Below, piece after piece: positions 12,201-27,200 of a stretch of DNA of 64,000 bases (the stretch's first letter is position 1; every line of letters starts with the position of its first letter). A program made the translations under genes and the position numbers. The notes under the pieces were generated by a model. That model saw only the letters and a program-made list of their open reading frames with translations. It was not told the origin of the DNA and did no database searches. Origin of the DNA: Antedon mediterranea (Eukaryota > Animalia > Echinodermata); assembly GCF_964355755.1 (NCBI RefSeq), contig NC_092672.1, positions 23,511,237 through 23,575,236 on the forward strand. The letters are read 5' to 3'.

Positions 12201-15200
12201 GTCTTGGGCACATGTACCACAGTGGGTATAGTAAATTTAAACTGTAGGACTAATAATCAATCAATTTACACAGTTTTAAATCCGTCAAATGTAATTTAGC
12301 TTTTTGTGCAAATTAAGTTGACATGACATAAAACAAGTGATTGTAAAATTTGAAATATATAAAGAATATACTTGATGAAAATGAAACATAGAAGAGGACA
12401 TTTGGACTTTATTAATATTACTACATGTTAGCATTTTAAGGTTTTAAAATAAAGTTTTGGGGTGGGGAGAAAAATTAACAATTCTTTTTGTATGTTTAAA
12501 TACGGTGCTGTTTTTATTGTCTTTTGTTTGTATATATTATGTAGTAGTGTTTAATTTTGTTTAAATCCAGGCAGAGGTGGTTTTACAGAAAGTTAAAGAT
12601 TCCCTGAAAGGAAAACCATATGAAAAACATGTACTTGGATACTATGCTGTTGAAAACAGTAGGGAGACTACAGACAAGAGCTTTAGTGATCTGAAAAAAG
12701 TAATTCAGGATCTTATGAACCATTTAAAAAAGTCTATTCCATTAAAGTGGATGCGTTTTAGATGTGAAATGTATAATCTGAGGAAGGACAAAATGATATG
12801 TTCTGCAGAAGAGGTAAATTTTAATTTTATTATAATTTTTTTTTTAGAGAAAGCAAAACTTGTTCAATAATAAATATTGTGAAGGCTTTTCTTTAACAAC
12901 ACATTCAAGACTGTCTGCTCTTGAAAACAAATCACCAGATTCTATTATACTTGTACTTGGTGATGTTTATAAATTTCACCTTAACTATCCGGGCTATGTT
13001 CAATACATTAATAAACCAACTAACTCCCGTACCACTTTAGGTGCCTCGAATTAAAACACAATATGTATGTTGCCGAAATACAGCCAATACTTTAATAATA
13101 AATTTAAGCCTGCTACAATTAAATACCGCTCCTGGACAAGAGATGCAATGGTCAGTGTACTATGACAACACTGACATAAATGCTAGTGTGACTGTCATCA
13201 ATGAATACATCAAGCAATGCATCAGCAACGTGATCCCAATTAAACATAAGAAGTCATACTTACACTATTGCTAACAATATTGCAATCTGCCTTTGCGTAA
13301 AACAGCGTGCCTTTGCTAACAATGTCTACAGTCTCGTGAAACAAAAAGAAATTAGAAATTCAAAAACTGTGATAGCCAAGCAGCATGTAAAGCAATGCAA
13401 ACCATAACTGGTTTTAACTGTAAACAAAAAAAAGGATATAAATGGTAATACAAACTAAACTTGTAAATGACCTCAATGAATTCTATTGTAAATTTGACAA
13501 ATACGACTTTAGTGATTGTATTAATGCAAAAGTTAAGTTACTAGAAAACAAAGTTAAACTATTAGATCATGAATCTTACATGTTGCATGTCAATGAACAC
13601 TTAAGCAGGTTTTAGGTGTTAAGGTAACAAAATTTATGGGCCCTGACGGTATTAGTAATAAAGTCCTGAATTGCTGTAGCCACCAATTGTCGGCAGTTTT
13701 TACTAAACTATATCAACACACTATAGACTCTGGATTGTTCCAAACTAATTGTAAAACTTCTCTAATTTCTTCTTTACCAAAAGCTAAAAATAAACCTCCT
13801 ACTTACCTCAATGATTACCGTCCAATCGCGTAACATCAAATCCCATGAAATGTCTAGAACGAATCATACTAAGAGCACTGGGAAAGTCAAAAGATGTTAC
13901 CGCAAATTATATTAATAAGTTTGCATATAAACCAAACATAGGTGTAGATGTGATCATATACAATGTCTATAAACACCTAGAAAAACTAAGATCCTATATC
14001 AGGTTGACCTTTATTGACTTTTCCAGTGCCTTTAACCATGCTTTAACTGTTTTCAACCCCACTAACTCATTGATAAGATGTATAAATTAGATGTCAATAA
14101 TAACATTTTGCTTTGTCTTAAGTTACTTCAGAGAGACCACATTATGTTAAAATTAGTGATTCACAATCTGAATTACGCAAAGTTAGCATGGGCGCACCAC
14201 AAGGCTCAGGCCTTCTTTTATGCTTCAAACCGGATAGACTTAGAGTACCGCTTAGAATACGAACCGCAAGATACCGATTATCATTCGTCCCACAATGCAT
14301 TTTCGAGTATAATGACACAAGATAACAATTGTAATCAATCTTGCACAGAATTTATAACATTTAATTTTTTAACACGAATGTGTTTACTGAGTATTTTTTA
14401 CTTTTTAAAGTTATTCTAAATGTTTTATGCTGTTATTGCCTTGAGTAAAACAAATTTCAAATTATATATTTTTTGACAATAAAGTTATCTTGGATCTTGA
14501 ATATGCATTGGCTTATAACTTTTAATTCAGGTTTAGATGTATTATTCATTCATTCAATTCATGTAAGACTTTCCTTGCTCAAACATAAATTAAAAGTAAA
14601 TATAAATATAACAGAAATAAACATGATAACATTTAAAGGAAAAACATTTATTAAAGAGTTTTAAACTATATTCATTTCAACTGGCATATATGCATGATGA
14701 ATAGAGTAAGGGATGAATAGCATTCAATAACAATTGTATTCATTTCATACTTGACACTGCATACTTACGCCCGTATTCTTAAACCGGACTTTAGTCGTAG
14801 TTCCAGCTAAAACTTTAAAAATGACGTCATTTTAAGTCATAAACCGAACTTCAACTAAATCGCCGACTAAATCAGGCCAACCTCGACTAAATCGAGTGGG
14901 ATTTTATTCGATTTTTTTAGTCCTCGAGGGGGCAAGCTAAATGCTTGACTAAATGGTTTTTAAACGATGTTTATGAAAAATGTAACAGTCATTGAGTGGT
15001 TATATTGGCCAGATATTGAAGAATGAAATATATATTTTTGTATTAGCTTAATTAAATATACATTGGTATATGTAATAATAATGAAAATTATCTTTATTTA
15101 CAACCGTATACAAATTACATTATTTTCTTCGCGCAAGTCAATCTTGAACTACGTCACGCCATAGCGACAATGGGAGATGCGGAAATTCGCCACGCGATGG

Positions 15201-18200
15201 AATATTTAGGGGGCCTAGTGCGTGATTCGTTGCGATCATACTTTGTTGGAGGCCTAGAAAATATTAAAGTTACCGTACCACCATGGTTCCTAAATATATT
15301 TTGAAGATTTAGTTTGTTGTTAATCAAAAGTACTTCACTGTTAATTAATACTGATCTTGTTCTAATAATTAACGATTGAAATTATTTTTCATGTTCATAG
15401 TCCTGATGCGTAAAAGCTTTGTAAGAAAATGGAAAGTGATATCAATGCGCAAAATTTCGTCTGCTCCTCAATTACTCTCTTGTCATTTGCCATGTCACCC
15501 AGACGTGTGCAACTCGACTAAAAGCTCGATTTCATTAAGTCGAACTGCAAACTTCGACTACTTCTTTTATGAATCGAATTTGAAGTAATAGCTCGAACTA
15601 TGACTTTTTCAAGTCGAACTTCGAACTACGTCTAAAGTCCGGTTTAAGAATACGGGCATTAGTATGCAGAGGGTGAACATGTTTAAACATAATTGATTTT
15701 GATACACTGTCAATAGAAATCAGTTATTCAGAAATGCTTTTAGAAATTTACTTCTCACTTCAAGTATGGCACGCACAATAGAATATTCACAAACATTTCC
15801 TAATACAAAATTTGAGCCAGATGCGGCTTGTGGTATGTATTGTATTTTGACGTTGAGTGCAGAAAGTTATTTTGAAGAAACACATACTTATTGTGTGGGG
15901 TACAACACTTTTATATTTATTTAAATTTTTTTTAAATGCATTTTTGTTGATTTTAGGTTAAAGAAATGGCCAGACAAAACGGAATTGGTGATGAAAGCCA
16001 ACAGTTAATTATGCTTAACTTTCTGTACGACCTTGGTGACATAATCTACTTGCCTGATAATGAATTATTACAGAATCAAGTGGTGTTGGACCCAATGAGT
16101 CTTGTTCAGTTTGTTACAGCATTTGTGACAGTGGTTACACCTGATGAGTTTAAAGTAAGTGGGCGCAGATAATGAACAAAAATACTCATTCATCTTCAGA
16201 AAAAGTCAATAGAAAAAAATGATAACATTATCTATCTTATTACTGGATGTTTCAATTACAAATGTAATTTTATTGTCAATTTCCTTGCCACTTCTCTAAA
16301 CTTAGCAGTCATCATACTGTTTAATTTGATGTGCTTTTTTAGACACCCATGTTCCGTGAAGCTTTTAGAAACCTTGATAAAGGCATACTGGGGGAAAAGT
16401 TGTTAAAGAAATTGTGGAAGAAGAAGGGTATTGATGACAAGAAATTCAAATACCTTGTTGACCTGATGATTCGATTTGGTTTCATTTGTGAGAGAACAGA
16501 GTCCACCAACCAAGCCAGCATGAAAACTACATCTACAGTAGGTTTTTTTCTTAACCTTTTAACACTTTATACATTCCTTTGCCAATTTGGTTTTGTGACT
16601 TATGAAACTGTATGTCAATTAACCCTTTTGATGACAACTGCTTTAAGTTGGATGAGATTCGTTTTTACTGAAAGGGAACTTCGAATTGACCTGGTTTTAG
16701 TAAGAAATTAAATATATTATTGTGTTTGTAATAATAATACCGACTAGATTGCAAACATGTTTACAGTGATTGATAAAAAGTATGCAGTATACCATATATG
16801 AAGTTCTGAAAACTGTTGAGTTTCAATCAATATACTTTGATCGCCCTCAGGACTTTATATGTGGTGTACTTCAAACTTTATATCAACATAGATTTCACCA
16901 TGAAAACCTAGAAATAATTATTATGTTACAATAGATCTGGCATTAGACTACGACCATTAAAGTCCATTGTTGTAATTAGCATTCATATGTATACAATTAA
17001 AATTGTTGACGATAACTCTATACTGTAATAATTGTTTTGAATTTTTATCATTTTAACAGTATTTTAACATTGGCCTATTAACCATATTTTATCATTGACC
17101 TATAGTAGCATTTGTGCAATTTGATGTATTTTTCTTGTATTGTTTTCTTAATTATGGCAAGCAAAATGAATTTCCATTTTAAGTGGACCAATTCTAATTC
17201 AGATAATATTTATTTGGATAATAATGAATGAATATATACAAAATAGAAAAAAGATATTAAAGTGAACATAGATAAAGCAGTAATTGGTAGTCATTATTAT
17301 CATGGATCCCTTCTAGAAGTTAAAAACTTGTCTCGTAGGGACCCACAACAAAACACATTACTAAAAAAATAAAAAATAACCTAGAATATATAATTATATA
17401 ATTTAGGATAAAAAATTACAGTATAATAACATAACTAACATCTTCTTTATAAAAATTATTTAAATTATATTTCAATAGTTTCATGATAATTATAAATGAA
17501 ATAACTACCAATATTGGTAAATGGAAAAAAAAAATATGTATACATAAATTATAATTCCAGTATATATATAGTATATACTATATATACATTATATATAGTA
17601 TAAATTAAAGATTGAAATAATAAACAACAACTAATATTTTGTGTAAGACATAAATAGTATATGAGTATAAATAATGATAAGCATATTAACTAAGCAGTAT
17701 AATATTTAGATATATAATGATTCTTTAACTTTTTTCGGAAAGTAAATAATGATATTGACGTTTTGATATTTGGTGGGATATGATTCCACAAATTAGGACC
17801 TGATATAGTTATAAAAAATTTAGTTTTAGTAAGTCTAGCAAAAGGAATGTTTAAATGAGAAGTTCTTAAATTGTAATTGTGAAATTTGGTACGTTTACAG
17901 AGCATATCAATCATAGAAATAGGAAGTTGGTTTTTAAAATAATTAAACATAAAACTGGCAACTTGAACATTGTGGATATCCGTTAATTTTAATATACCAA
18001 GACGTTTAAAAAGGGGTTCAGATGAGGTTCTATATGGTGAAAAAGTAATAATTCTAGCTGCACGTTTTTGTAATTTAGTTAATCTAGCAATATTAGAAGA
18101 GTAATCTGCAGCCCAAATAATGTTACAATACTGGAAATAAGGAAGTACAAGTGTGTTATAAAGAGAAATTAAAATATTTAGAGGGAAGAAGTGCTTAAGT

Positions 18201-21200
18201 CTGTTAATAATACTAATAGATCTTGATATTTTTTTCGAAACGTAATTTTGATGACTGGTCCATTTGAGGTTTTCATGAATATATACACCTAAAAAAAGTG
18301 TTTCAGTTTTGCGTTCAATTTGAATTCCGCCAAGAAGTATATTTAGGTCATCAACTTTTAGTTTACGTTGAGAATTGTGAAAAATTAAATAATTTGTTTT
18401 AAGAGTATTAATAAGTAATTTGTTTGAAATAAACCAGTCACAAAATTTTGTTAATTCATCATTGAATGTAGTAAATAATAAATCAATATTGGAATTAGAG
18501 TAAAATAAGGTGGTGTCGTCGGCGAAGGATATTACTTGCAATTTGTTACTGACATTAGCCAGATCATTAACATAAATAAGGAAGAGCAATGGCCCAAGCA
18601 CAGATCCCTGTGGCACTCTGCAAGTAATATCCATCGTCGACGATGTACAAGATCCTAATGCAACATATTGTTTTCTATCTTTCAAATAACTATTAAACCA
18701 ATTCAATGATACCTCTAATTCCATAGCACTCAAGTTTTTAAATTAAATTATCGTGATTAATAACATCGAAGGCCTTTGAAAGATCAATAAATAAACTTAA
18801 TAAATTTTCTTTTGATTCAAATGAATTTGTAATATTATTAATAAGATCTAAAACGGCATGGGATGTAGAGTGATTTTTTCGAAAACCATATTGGCGTTTA
18901 TTAAGTATATCAAATTTTGGAAAACACTGAAAGTAGTGATATTGGCCGGTAATTAGATAATTGACTTCGTTCACCTTTCTTGAAAATGGGCACAACTTTA
19001 GCTAGTTTTAAGTGTGTTGGAAAAGTGCCAGATAAAAAAGATGAATTTATACAATGGGTAAGTTGGTGGATGATTAAGGGAGATACAGATTTTAAGAGAC
19101 GAGCAGTAATACCGTCAGATCCAGACCCTTTATTAGAATTTAGATTGTATATAGTTAGGTTAACATCATCAATTGAAACTGGGCTAATATAAAATGAGTT
19201 GGCAAACGCAGAATGAAGATAAGATAATGGATCAGTTATATTAGTTGGCATACTATTAATAAGATTAGGACCAATTGTAGAAAAATAGTTGTTAAACGAT
19301 TCACATATCTCTTTTTGAGTTTTGTAAATATTATCACCGTCTTTAATTAGATTCGGGTGCTTGTTATTATTATTAACTTTATTTAAAACAGAATTTATTA
19401 CAAGCCATGTGTTCTTCAGATTACCTTTATATCTATCAAACTGGGAAGTATAATAATTCTTTTTAGCAGTGTGACAAAGATTAGTGAAAATATTATTATA
19501 TTTTGTATAGTTGAATTTGTCATTATTACTACGTGTGTGCATATATTTGTTATAAAGTTTATGTTTCCGAGAACTACATTTTAAGAGAGCAGATGACATC
19601 CATGGTTGTTTAAACGTTTTATTTGATTTTATACTACTTTTAACCAAGTGTCTGGAGTGGATATTTGTAAATTTTTCAATAAATATATCAAAACTCAATC
19701 TTGGGTCACAATCAAATATCATAGACCAGTCTTCACCTTCTAAATCAATCGATAAGGCATTTAGGTCGTTTATACGAAATGAATAGTTGGCGCTATTATC
19801 ATCAAGGTTTTGATCATTAATTTCTTGATCAATGAACTGAAATATAGGAAGGTGGTCGGAGATATCATTAAGTAAAACACCAGCAACTATTTTATAATTA
19901 GATTGTTTGGAATAAAAATGATCAATCAAGGTGGCCGAAGTTGAGGTAATCCTAGTTGGTTTTGAAATAGTTGGAAAAAAAGAATGGGAAATTAAGGTAT
20001 TTAGGTAGGTGTTTGTTAATTTATGGTTATGGGATTTTAATAAATCAATATTGAAGTCTCCCATGAGATGACAATTTTTGTTTTCATTGTTAATTTGGGT
20101 TAATACATTATCGACGGATTTAGTAAAAGAATCTAGCCCTCCACAGGGGGGGGGGGGGGCTCTGTAAATAATGCCTATAATATCATTTTTTAAATAAATA
20201 CAGATTAACTTTTAGTTAAACCAGTTGACAAGTACTTACTTGCTACGTTTCCTTGTTCATGCAAATGACGTTGACATGATGTTCTGTCATTCGTCATAGT
20301 TCGGTGAATTGCGCCACCTCTCGTCTGATGTTCAGCTTTCTGCTGGTGTCCCCCTTTGGATGCTCGGGTGTCCCTTTTTATTAAGTCATCGTAGATGTGG
20401 CTCAGTTCATGTCCTCCCTGGTCTCTGTTGATGTTCATATTCGTTTTTCTTATCCAAATGGCTTCTTTAATTTTCCTAGTGGACAGATGTGAATCCATCG
20501 TATCAACAGAAGAAGGACAAAAACAAGAAATGAGTCAAATAAAAGCATCTTTATCAACATGCGGATATCTAGACTGGAGTTTTAAAAGAGTTAAAGACAA
20601 AAGGGAACATAGAAAAGCAAACAAAGACAAAGAAATAACAACAGATAAAGAAAAATCCAAAGTCAACATTGGTTTACCATATGTCAAAGGAATGACTCAA
20701 AGGCTAAAAAGAACATTGAAACAGCACAATATAAATACATATATCACTCCCAAAAACAAATTAAGAGAAAGTCTCGTTCATCCTAAAGACAAGATTGACA
20801 AAGATCAACAGTGTGGTATAGTCTACCAAGTAGGTTGCCACAACTGCAAGAAGGTATACATAGGGGAAACGGGCAGAGTATTAAAAACAAGAATAATGGA
20901 ACACAAAACAGATGTGGAAAAAAATACGGTAGGGACAAAAACCAGGAGCGCTCGCCATTCACAATCTAAAATTCTACACAAATCAGCTATCACAGACCAC
21001 GCCACCATAGAAAATCACATACCGGATTTTGAAAATACAAAAATATTAGACAAAGATCAACACTATTTATCAAGAAAAATTAAAGAAGCCATTTGGATAA
21101 GAAAAACGAATATGAACATCAACAGAGACCAGGGAGGACATGAACTGAGCCACATCTACGATGACTTAATAAAAAGGGACACCCGAGCATCCAAAGGGGG

Positions 21201-24200
21201 ACACCAGCAGAAAGCTGAACATCAGACGAGAGGTGGCGCAATTCACCGAACTATGACGAATGACAGAAAATCATGTCAACGTCATTTGCGTGAACAAGGC
21301 TACTGAAAGTAGTTGAAACGTAGCAAGTAAGTACTTGTCAACTGGTTTAACTAAAAGTTAATCTGTATTTATTTAATATCCATTGAAACCAGATGACATT
21401 TTTTGAGAATATCATTTTTTGTCTTTGAATTTTCAATCTCAACAAAAAGTGATTCGGAAAGGTCGTCTGGTAATTTTAAGTCATTTCGAATTGTAATGCT
21501 AATATCATTACGTATAAAAAATGCAACTCCTCCGCCAATTTGATTATTGCTTCTATTGCTTGCAAAGAAGGAGTAGTTATTAATGAAAGGAATAGGGGAG
21601 TTTTCATTAAGCCATGTTTCACTGATACCGATTAGGGAAAATTTGTTATTAATTGAATTCAAAAGGCATTCGAGATCATTAACTTTATGCGTAATACTTC
21701 TAATATTAAGATGCAGGAGAGATAGTTTAGTAATAAAGGATGTATTAAACTTAGAATTAAATTGTGAATAATCATAAAGCTGCATTCATCTAGGGTAACT
21801 GACTGTGAATTGAGATTATTAATTAGTTGATCAAAAGATTCATCATATTTGTCATTTTCATTGTAATTAACTGGATTAAAGGTTATGTTAGAAATATCAT
21901 TGTTGTTAGTAAGTTCAGAGTTCACATTAAAGTCATAAAAAGGAAGTAAGTGAAGATAATTAACATTCATTAACAATAGCTGCGTATAGCGTTATCTAAA
22001 AAAGAAATACAGCAATAAGCATGCATGAGACTGTATACATTAATACATAATTAATGAGAAGCAAAATAAACAATTCTTGAAATAAAAATATATTATAGGT
22101 AATATTTCGGTTGACGGTAAGTAGAGTCAAAGTAAAGTTAAATTATTGCGACGACTAGAATTACTCAGTAGCTTCTGGGGCATGTGCTTCCTTGAGGTTC
22201 GGGTAGTATTTGGCAAGATGATCCATGTCGATGAATGTGCGAACATAACCATTTGAATCTATGTAACGCAATTTGTCAAGGTGGAGCCAGGCCTTTACTT
22301 TGTTGGAATGCAGGTATTTCATCGATGAGTATAATGCCTTTCTTCTACTTATCACTCTGCTGGTAAAATCATCATTTACGTAGATGTTATTATCTTTAAA
22401 TTTAGGTCTCACTTTTGGAGCTGCCTTGCGTACTCTTTCTTTAGTGGAATATCTGAGAAAGTATGCAACAAGTGGTCTCGGTTTATCCCTGGTGGTATTA
22501 CGTGGTCCAACTCGATGGGCTCGTTGTATATCATCATTAGCGATTTTGATGCCGGTGGTATTGGAAATAAATGAGGAAAGGAAATTAACAGTACCTTCAC
22601 TATCCTCCGCTTGTTCGGGTATGCCAGTAAACCTCAGATTGTTACGGCGTTGACGTCCTTCTAGGTTGTCGATTTTGTCGCGTATCTCTTCTATGCATTC
22701 CGTAGTGGATTGCTGCGTATCCTCGGCAATATCCTTCAGCTTAACATCCATGAAATCAGAATTTTCCTGCATATCGGCGTGCAAATTCCTCAGTTCTTTT
22801 TGTAAACCGGTGATTTCAAGATTGAGGATGGTAATGTCTTTTTCCAAGGAGACAATCTTGGTGACTGCGTCGCATAATGTTGATTTAATATCAGCAATGG
22901 TTTTGCAGCCCATGATTGACTTGATGAGAGTCGACAGCCAGGTGTTCGGTTCAGCGGCGCTAATATTTAAATTAGAAATATTTGGCTCATTGTTTTCCAC
23001 GTTGGCCATTGTAGATGTTTAGTTAGAATAAATAACAAAAGTGTACCTATATTCAATGCAACCGATACGTTCACTATCCAGGTAGGTATACAGGTCTCAT
23101 GCAGTTAGTAGCTTATCCTTGCAACATGCTATCACAGGTATAGCGAGTACTGTATCTAAAAACGTATACGTGTGAGAGCTCCGCACGACCAATAATATGT
23201 CTTGAATCTTTACACTGAATAAGCTGTTTAAAAGTTTGATTTAATTAGATGAGGTTATCTCACATTATAACACATTTAAAAATTAATTATTGCAGGAACG
23301 ATCATTTTTTGTGCCACTACGACTTGCTTTTGAGAAGCCTTCAAGTGAAGTGAAGTCTGTGCATGATGAGCACTATTCTATCAGTATCTATTACGACCTT
23401 TGTGGACATCTGCCTGACATACTGTTTCCATATTTAGTGATTGATTTCATTAACAAATATCAAAAGAAACCAGGAAATGACCCAATACTGTCACATGACT
23501 ATGCTAAGCTCTACATCGACCAATGTCATAATGTGATTATGTCTCTTGTTAAATTCATAACTAAGAAGGATGAGCGAAAGTTTTTGTTAAAGGTAATATA
23601 CAATCTATAAAACACTTAGTTAAGACTATTTTTTTGAAGTACCACTCTATAATCCCTTTTTAAATTGAACATAATCTTTTTAAATCATCATCATATGAAA
23701 AGAATTACTACTATAAATACAGATAATACACTGTTTTAATCAAATATACTGTTAAATACTTGTCTTTAGGCAACAATTATAGGTAGAGAGGCTGTTGATG
23801 AAACAGCTACTACAGAATGTGAACCTTCTCCTGAAGCATGTAAACAGGTATGTTGTGATTTCTTTAAAAACATGCACCATTGACAAAATAATGCATATTT
23901 CAGTTTTAACTGTTTTGTTTGGCAAACTAGAATTTTGTTCTCTGTTAAACTAACATAATGATTCATCAGAGAGCTGAGGCACGTCAGACAAAATATTCCT
24001 AAAATTTTAAACCAATTGTAGAATACTGAGCAGGGAATTCAGAGTAAGGAATTCCATGCTGTTGAAACCATTGTACAGATTACATTGTAAAGATTGCATG
24101 CAATAATGTACTTAGCCAACAGTCTACAAAAGTAGTGGAAGATGTTTTATTAATTAAAAGGAATTATCTAAATTTGTTTTTCTAACAGGTTATGTCAACT

Positions 24201-27200
24201 ATTGAGATGTCTTTCAAACATTCTAAAGATGGTGGTAGAAGGGGCTTTAAATTCCAGCGATGCATTCCCTGTGTTTGTAGTAAGACATCTGAGAAGAAAC
24301 ATATGCAAATTCTCAGAGATTTCCAGGATGAGATGTTGTCATGCAAAGATGTCATGCACATGAATATTAAACGCTACAAACGCCTATTTGGAAGTAAGTT
24401 TATCAGAACCAAGAAATGTACGTCTCATCCAAAAGACAAAAGGCAACCTAAAGCCTTGTCTAAGGATAGAGGCAGCAGTCCATTACGCCATATGTCTCTC
24501 TCATTGTGAAGTTGAAATTATTAGGCTGGTTGTCTTTTTTGAGTAATGAACTGAGCCATCAAACTATCAAGTTTAAAATTACCATAAGCTTGCATGGAAA
24601 CCTTTTTTTTGAAAATAATATGATGATTGATGAAACTACAGTAGGGAAGAGTGGGGTAAATTGAGCCTTTTTTTCAGTAAAGTTTACCTAGAGGTCAAGA
24701 TGATATGTGATGTGCAATGTCTAATAGATCAATGAATATTTGCAGATGATTCAAGTCTGTTTTATTCAAATGATCCAGATAGTCTCTGTGACATCATTAA
24801 TCTAGAACTAAAAAAGGTTACTACTTGGATACATGCAAACAAGTTATCACTAAATATGCCAATTTTATGTTGTTGTTGTTGTTGTTTTATGTACAGATAT
24901 AGTACGTTACCAAAAATATTATTTTCAATAAGCTTTCTATTAATCAACAAACCAATACATCATTTCTTGGTATATTTGACGACAGACGCGACTGGAAAGC
25001 CCATGTTAATTACCTTTGCAAATTACTATCTAAAAATGTTGGTATGATGTATAAATTGAAATCAATATTTCCTCAAAAAGTACTAAATACTTTATATTCC
25101 TCTCTTATATTATCGTACTTAAATTATGGTATTCTTGCCTGGAGAAATGCTTCAAAATAAATTATTACTAAAATTTTATTGATCCAGAAATGAGCTGTCA
25201 GAATTATCTCGGGGGAAACTTTTCGTGCTCACACCCATGACCTTTTTCAACAACAACAACAAAAAAAAAATATTTAAAAAATTATTAAAGGGACCCGTAT
25301 AGACTAAATGTTGGTGTCATCATGTTTCAATTAAACGCTGGACACTTGCCACCCATAAAGAAATTTTAAAAAAAAAAATCAAAAAAGGAAAAAAAGATCA
25401 GTATCACACCTACCACTCACTCGAACCAGTCTTAAAATGACCACCTTTGTATACACTGGACCTAAACTGGAACTGGAATTCTCCACATTTATCTCTTAAA
25501 AAATCAAAACTATTCTTTAATTAAACGTCAATTTAATCTATTATTGGTTGAAGGTTCTTTGTATTTCTTGTATTATTTGCATATTGGGATTCATCTTAAA
25601 TCATAATCTATATACTTGTTTTTTTATGTTTTAAAATCTTCATTATTATATGTTCTGATAGATATCTTTCATTTGCATAGATACACCAGATGCTACTACT
25701 CATATGGCTACAAGCTCATCATCAGGTCAGTTGATTGCTAACATTTGCTAAGAAATTACATTTGATTAAATTAAGGCAAGGCAGCTAATGTGGCAAACAT
25801 CAGCAAATTTAGAAAACACCATAAAATCTTAAAATACCAATAGCTAATATAATATAATAATGATAATTATACTGATAATGAAATAGAAACACTTAGGCTA
25901 ACGGAATTACAAATCCTATAGGCCTCTAAGGTCTCTTAAAAGTTAAAGAAAAAATAGACCAAGTTAAGGATCTCATTTAACATTAAAACATTTATGAATA
26001 CCACTTATTAGTGAAATCATAAATTTGTTATTGATTTAATGGAAATTCTTAGGATTTAAGGGAAATATGTCACTTAAGTGAGTGTTATTGGTGAATACGG
26101 CAACTGCTTTGTTAATTCTTATAATAAAAATGGAACATGCTCTTCTAATTGTTAAAAGCATCAAATTAATACTTGTTTGTTGTTTGTATAGCAGGCAATA
26201 CTTGAGTTTCTAGGTTTACTTCCATATTTGAAATAAAAAAATACAAACATCAAAATAATAGTCCTTGAAATCCTTGAAAACAAATTCATTACAAATCAGT
26301 TCAACTACAAGATATCATAGGTTGAGAATAAAATTTAGGTAATACCAGAACTATTGTGATGCTAATTAAGTTTTCAGATTGTGTGCATACTTCTAACGTC
26401 TGATCTTTAGACCTAAATAATTTATGAATATGATGAAAGCACTTTTATTTATTATTAATTTTAATTCAAAAGTTGAGGCCTTAAAATATACAACAAAATG
26501 TGGAAACCGTCATCATTAATTACTGGTTTTGCTTTTAATTAATTTCCCTATCAAGCCCAACTGTGTTAACATAGAGCCTGATTTATTCCTTCAATGCAAC
26601 TCAACAAAAGGAAACAGGCCTATGATTAATATGGTGAATTTTAGTCATTAACAAAATTCTTTATTACAGAAACAAGTCTAAATCCACTGGAAGACAAGTT
26701 GAACAAGTTAAATTATGATCTCAGTGAAGTCTTTATGAAGAATAAGAGAAAATTCTTATTTTTGAGATGTTGTCTCTTTGATGAAGTAGATTTACAGGTC
26801 CTTGGCAATAAAGATTACAAAGCAAATGATTATTTTAATGAACTCGCTGATAAAGGAAAGATCAAACCAACCGACGTCAACCTTCTGCTTGAAGTGGCAA
26901 CACTATCAGAAATTAAACATGCTAAAGATCTTGTAAAACAGTATATGAATGACAACAATGTACACATTAGTAATCAACAGAAGTTGTCCCCATATAGAAA
27001 AAGATTGTGTAAGGCATTGGAACAGTTTAACCCAAGTGAGTTGAATAGAGTTACAGCTTATTATCAATTGGAACAACCAACCATTTGGGATGTAACATTT
27101 TATTTAGAGAGCAAATCCAAATTGGTAGATGAATCAGAAAGAGAGAAGTTTGCTGAGCTGCTTGGACCAATCCCAAATAAAATAATGTGTAAGTCAATTT

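Larger units (their letters stand above)
17690..21976 (-). pseudogene. LINE ORF2 (APE endonuclease + reverse transcriptase), disrupted
   Basis: Split into ORFs 21659-21976, 21369-21785, 18910-20064, 18738-18995 and 17690-18733 by frameshifts and the Penelope insertion. Confidence 0.9.
17193..23186 (-). mobile_element. Near full-length CR1/L2-group LINE, interrupted by Penelope; ORF2 frameshifted
   Basis: ORF1 at 22161-23009. ORF2 fragments carry APE (LNIRS, ISETWL, MGDFNID, IDHF, SDHLP) and RT (YRPISLL, IDLSKAFD, PQGSVLGP, FADDT) motifs. 3' stem-loop near 17305-17345. Candidate TSD GACCAAT at 17186-17192 and 23187-23193. Confidence 0.92.

Noticed and set aside
20146-20159. G14 run as a G-quadruplex or regulatory signal
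   Set aside because: It lies in the LINE APE YRxP coding stretch and is most simply homopolymer slippage or a sequencing error.
20395-20500. Hydrophobic N-terminus of the 303-aa ORF (signal peptide-like)
   Set aside because: It is the antisense reading of the inverted Penelope end, joined to the truncated ORF by chance.
22384-23022. Plus-strand ORFs overlapping LINE ORF1
   Set aside because: They are antisense shadows of ORF1.
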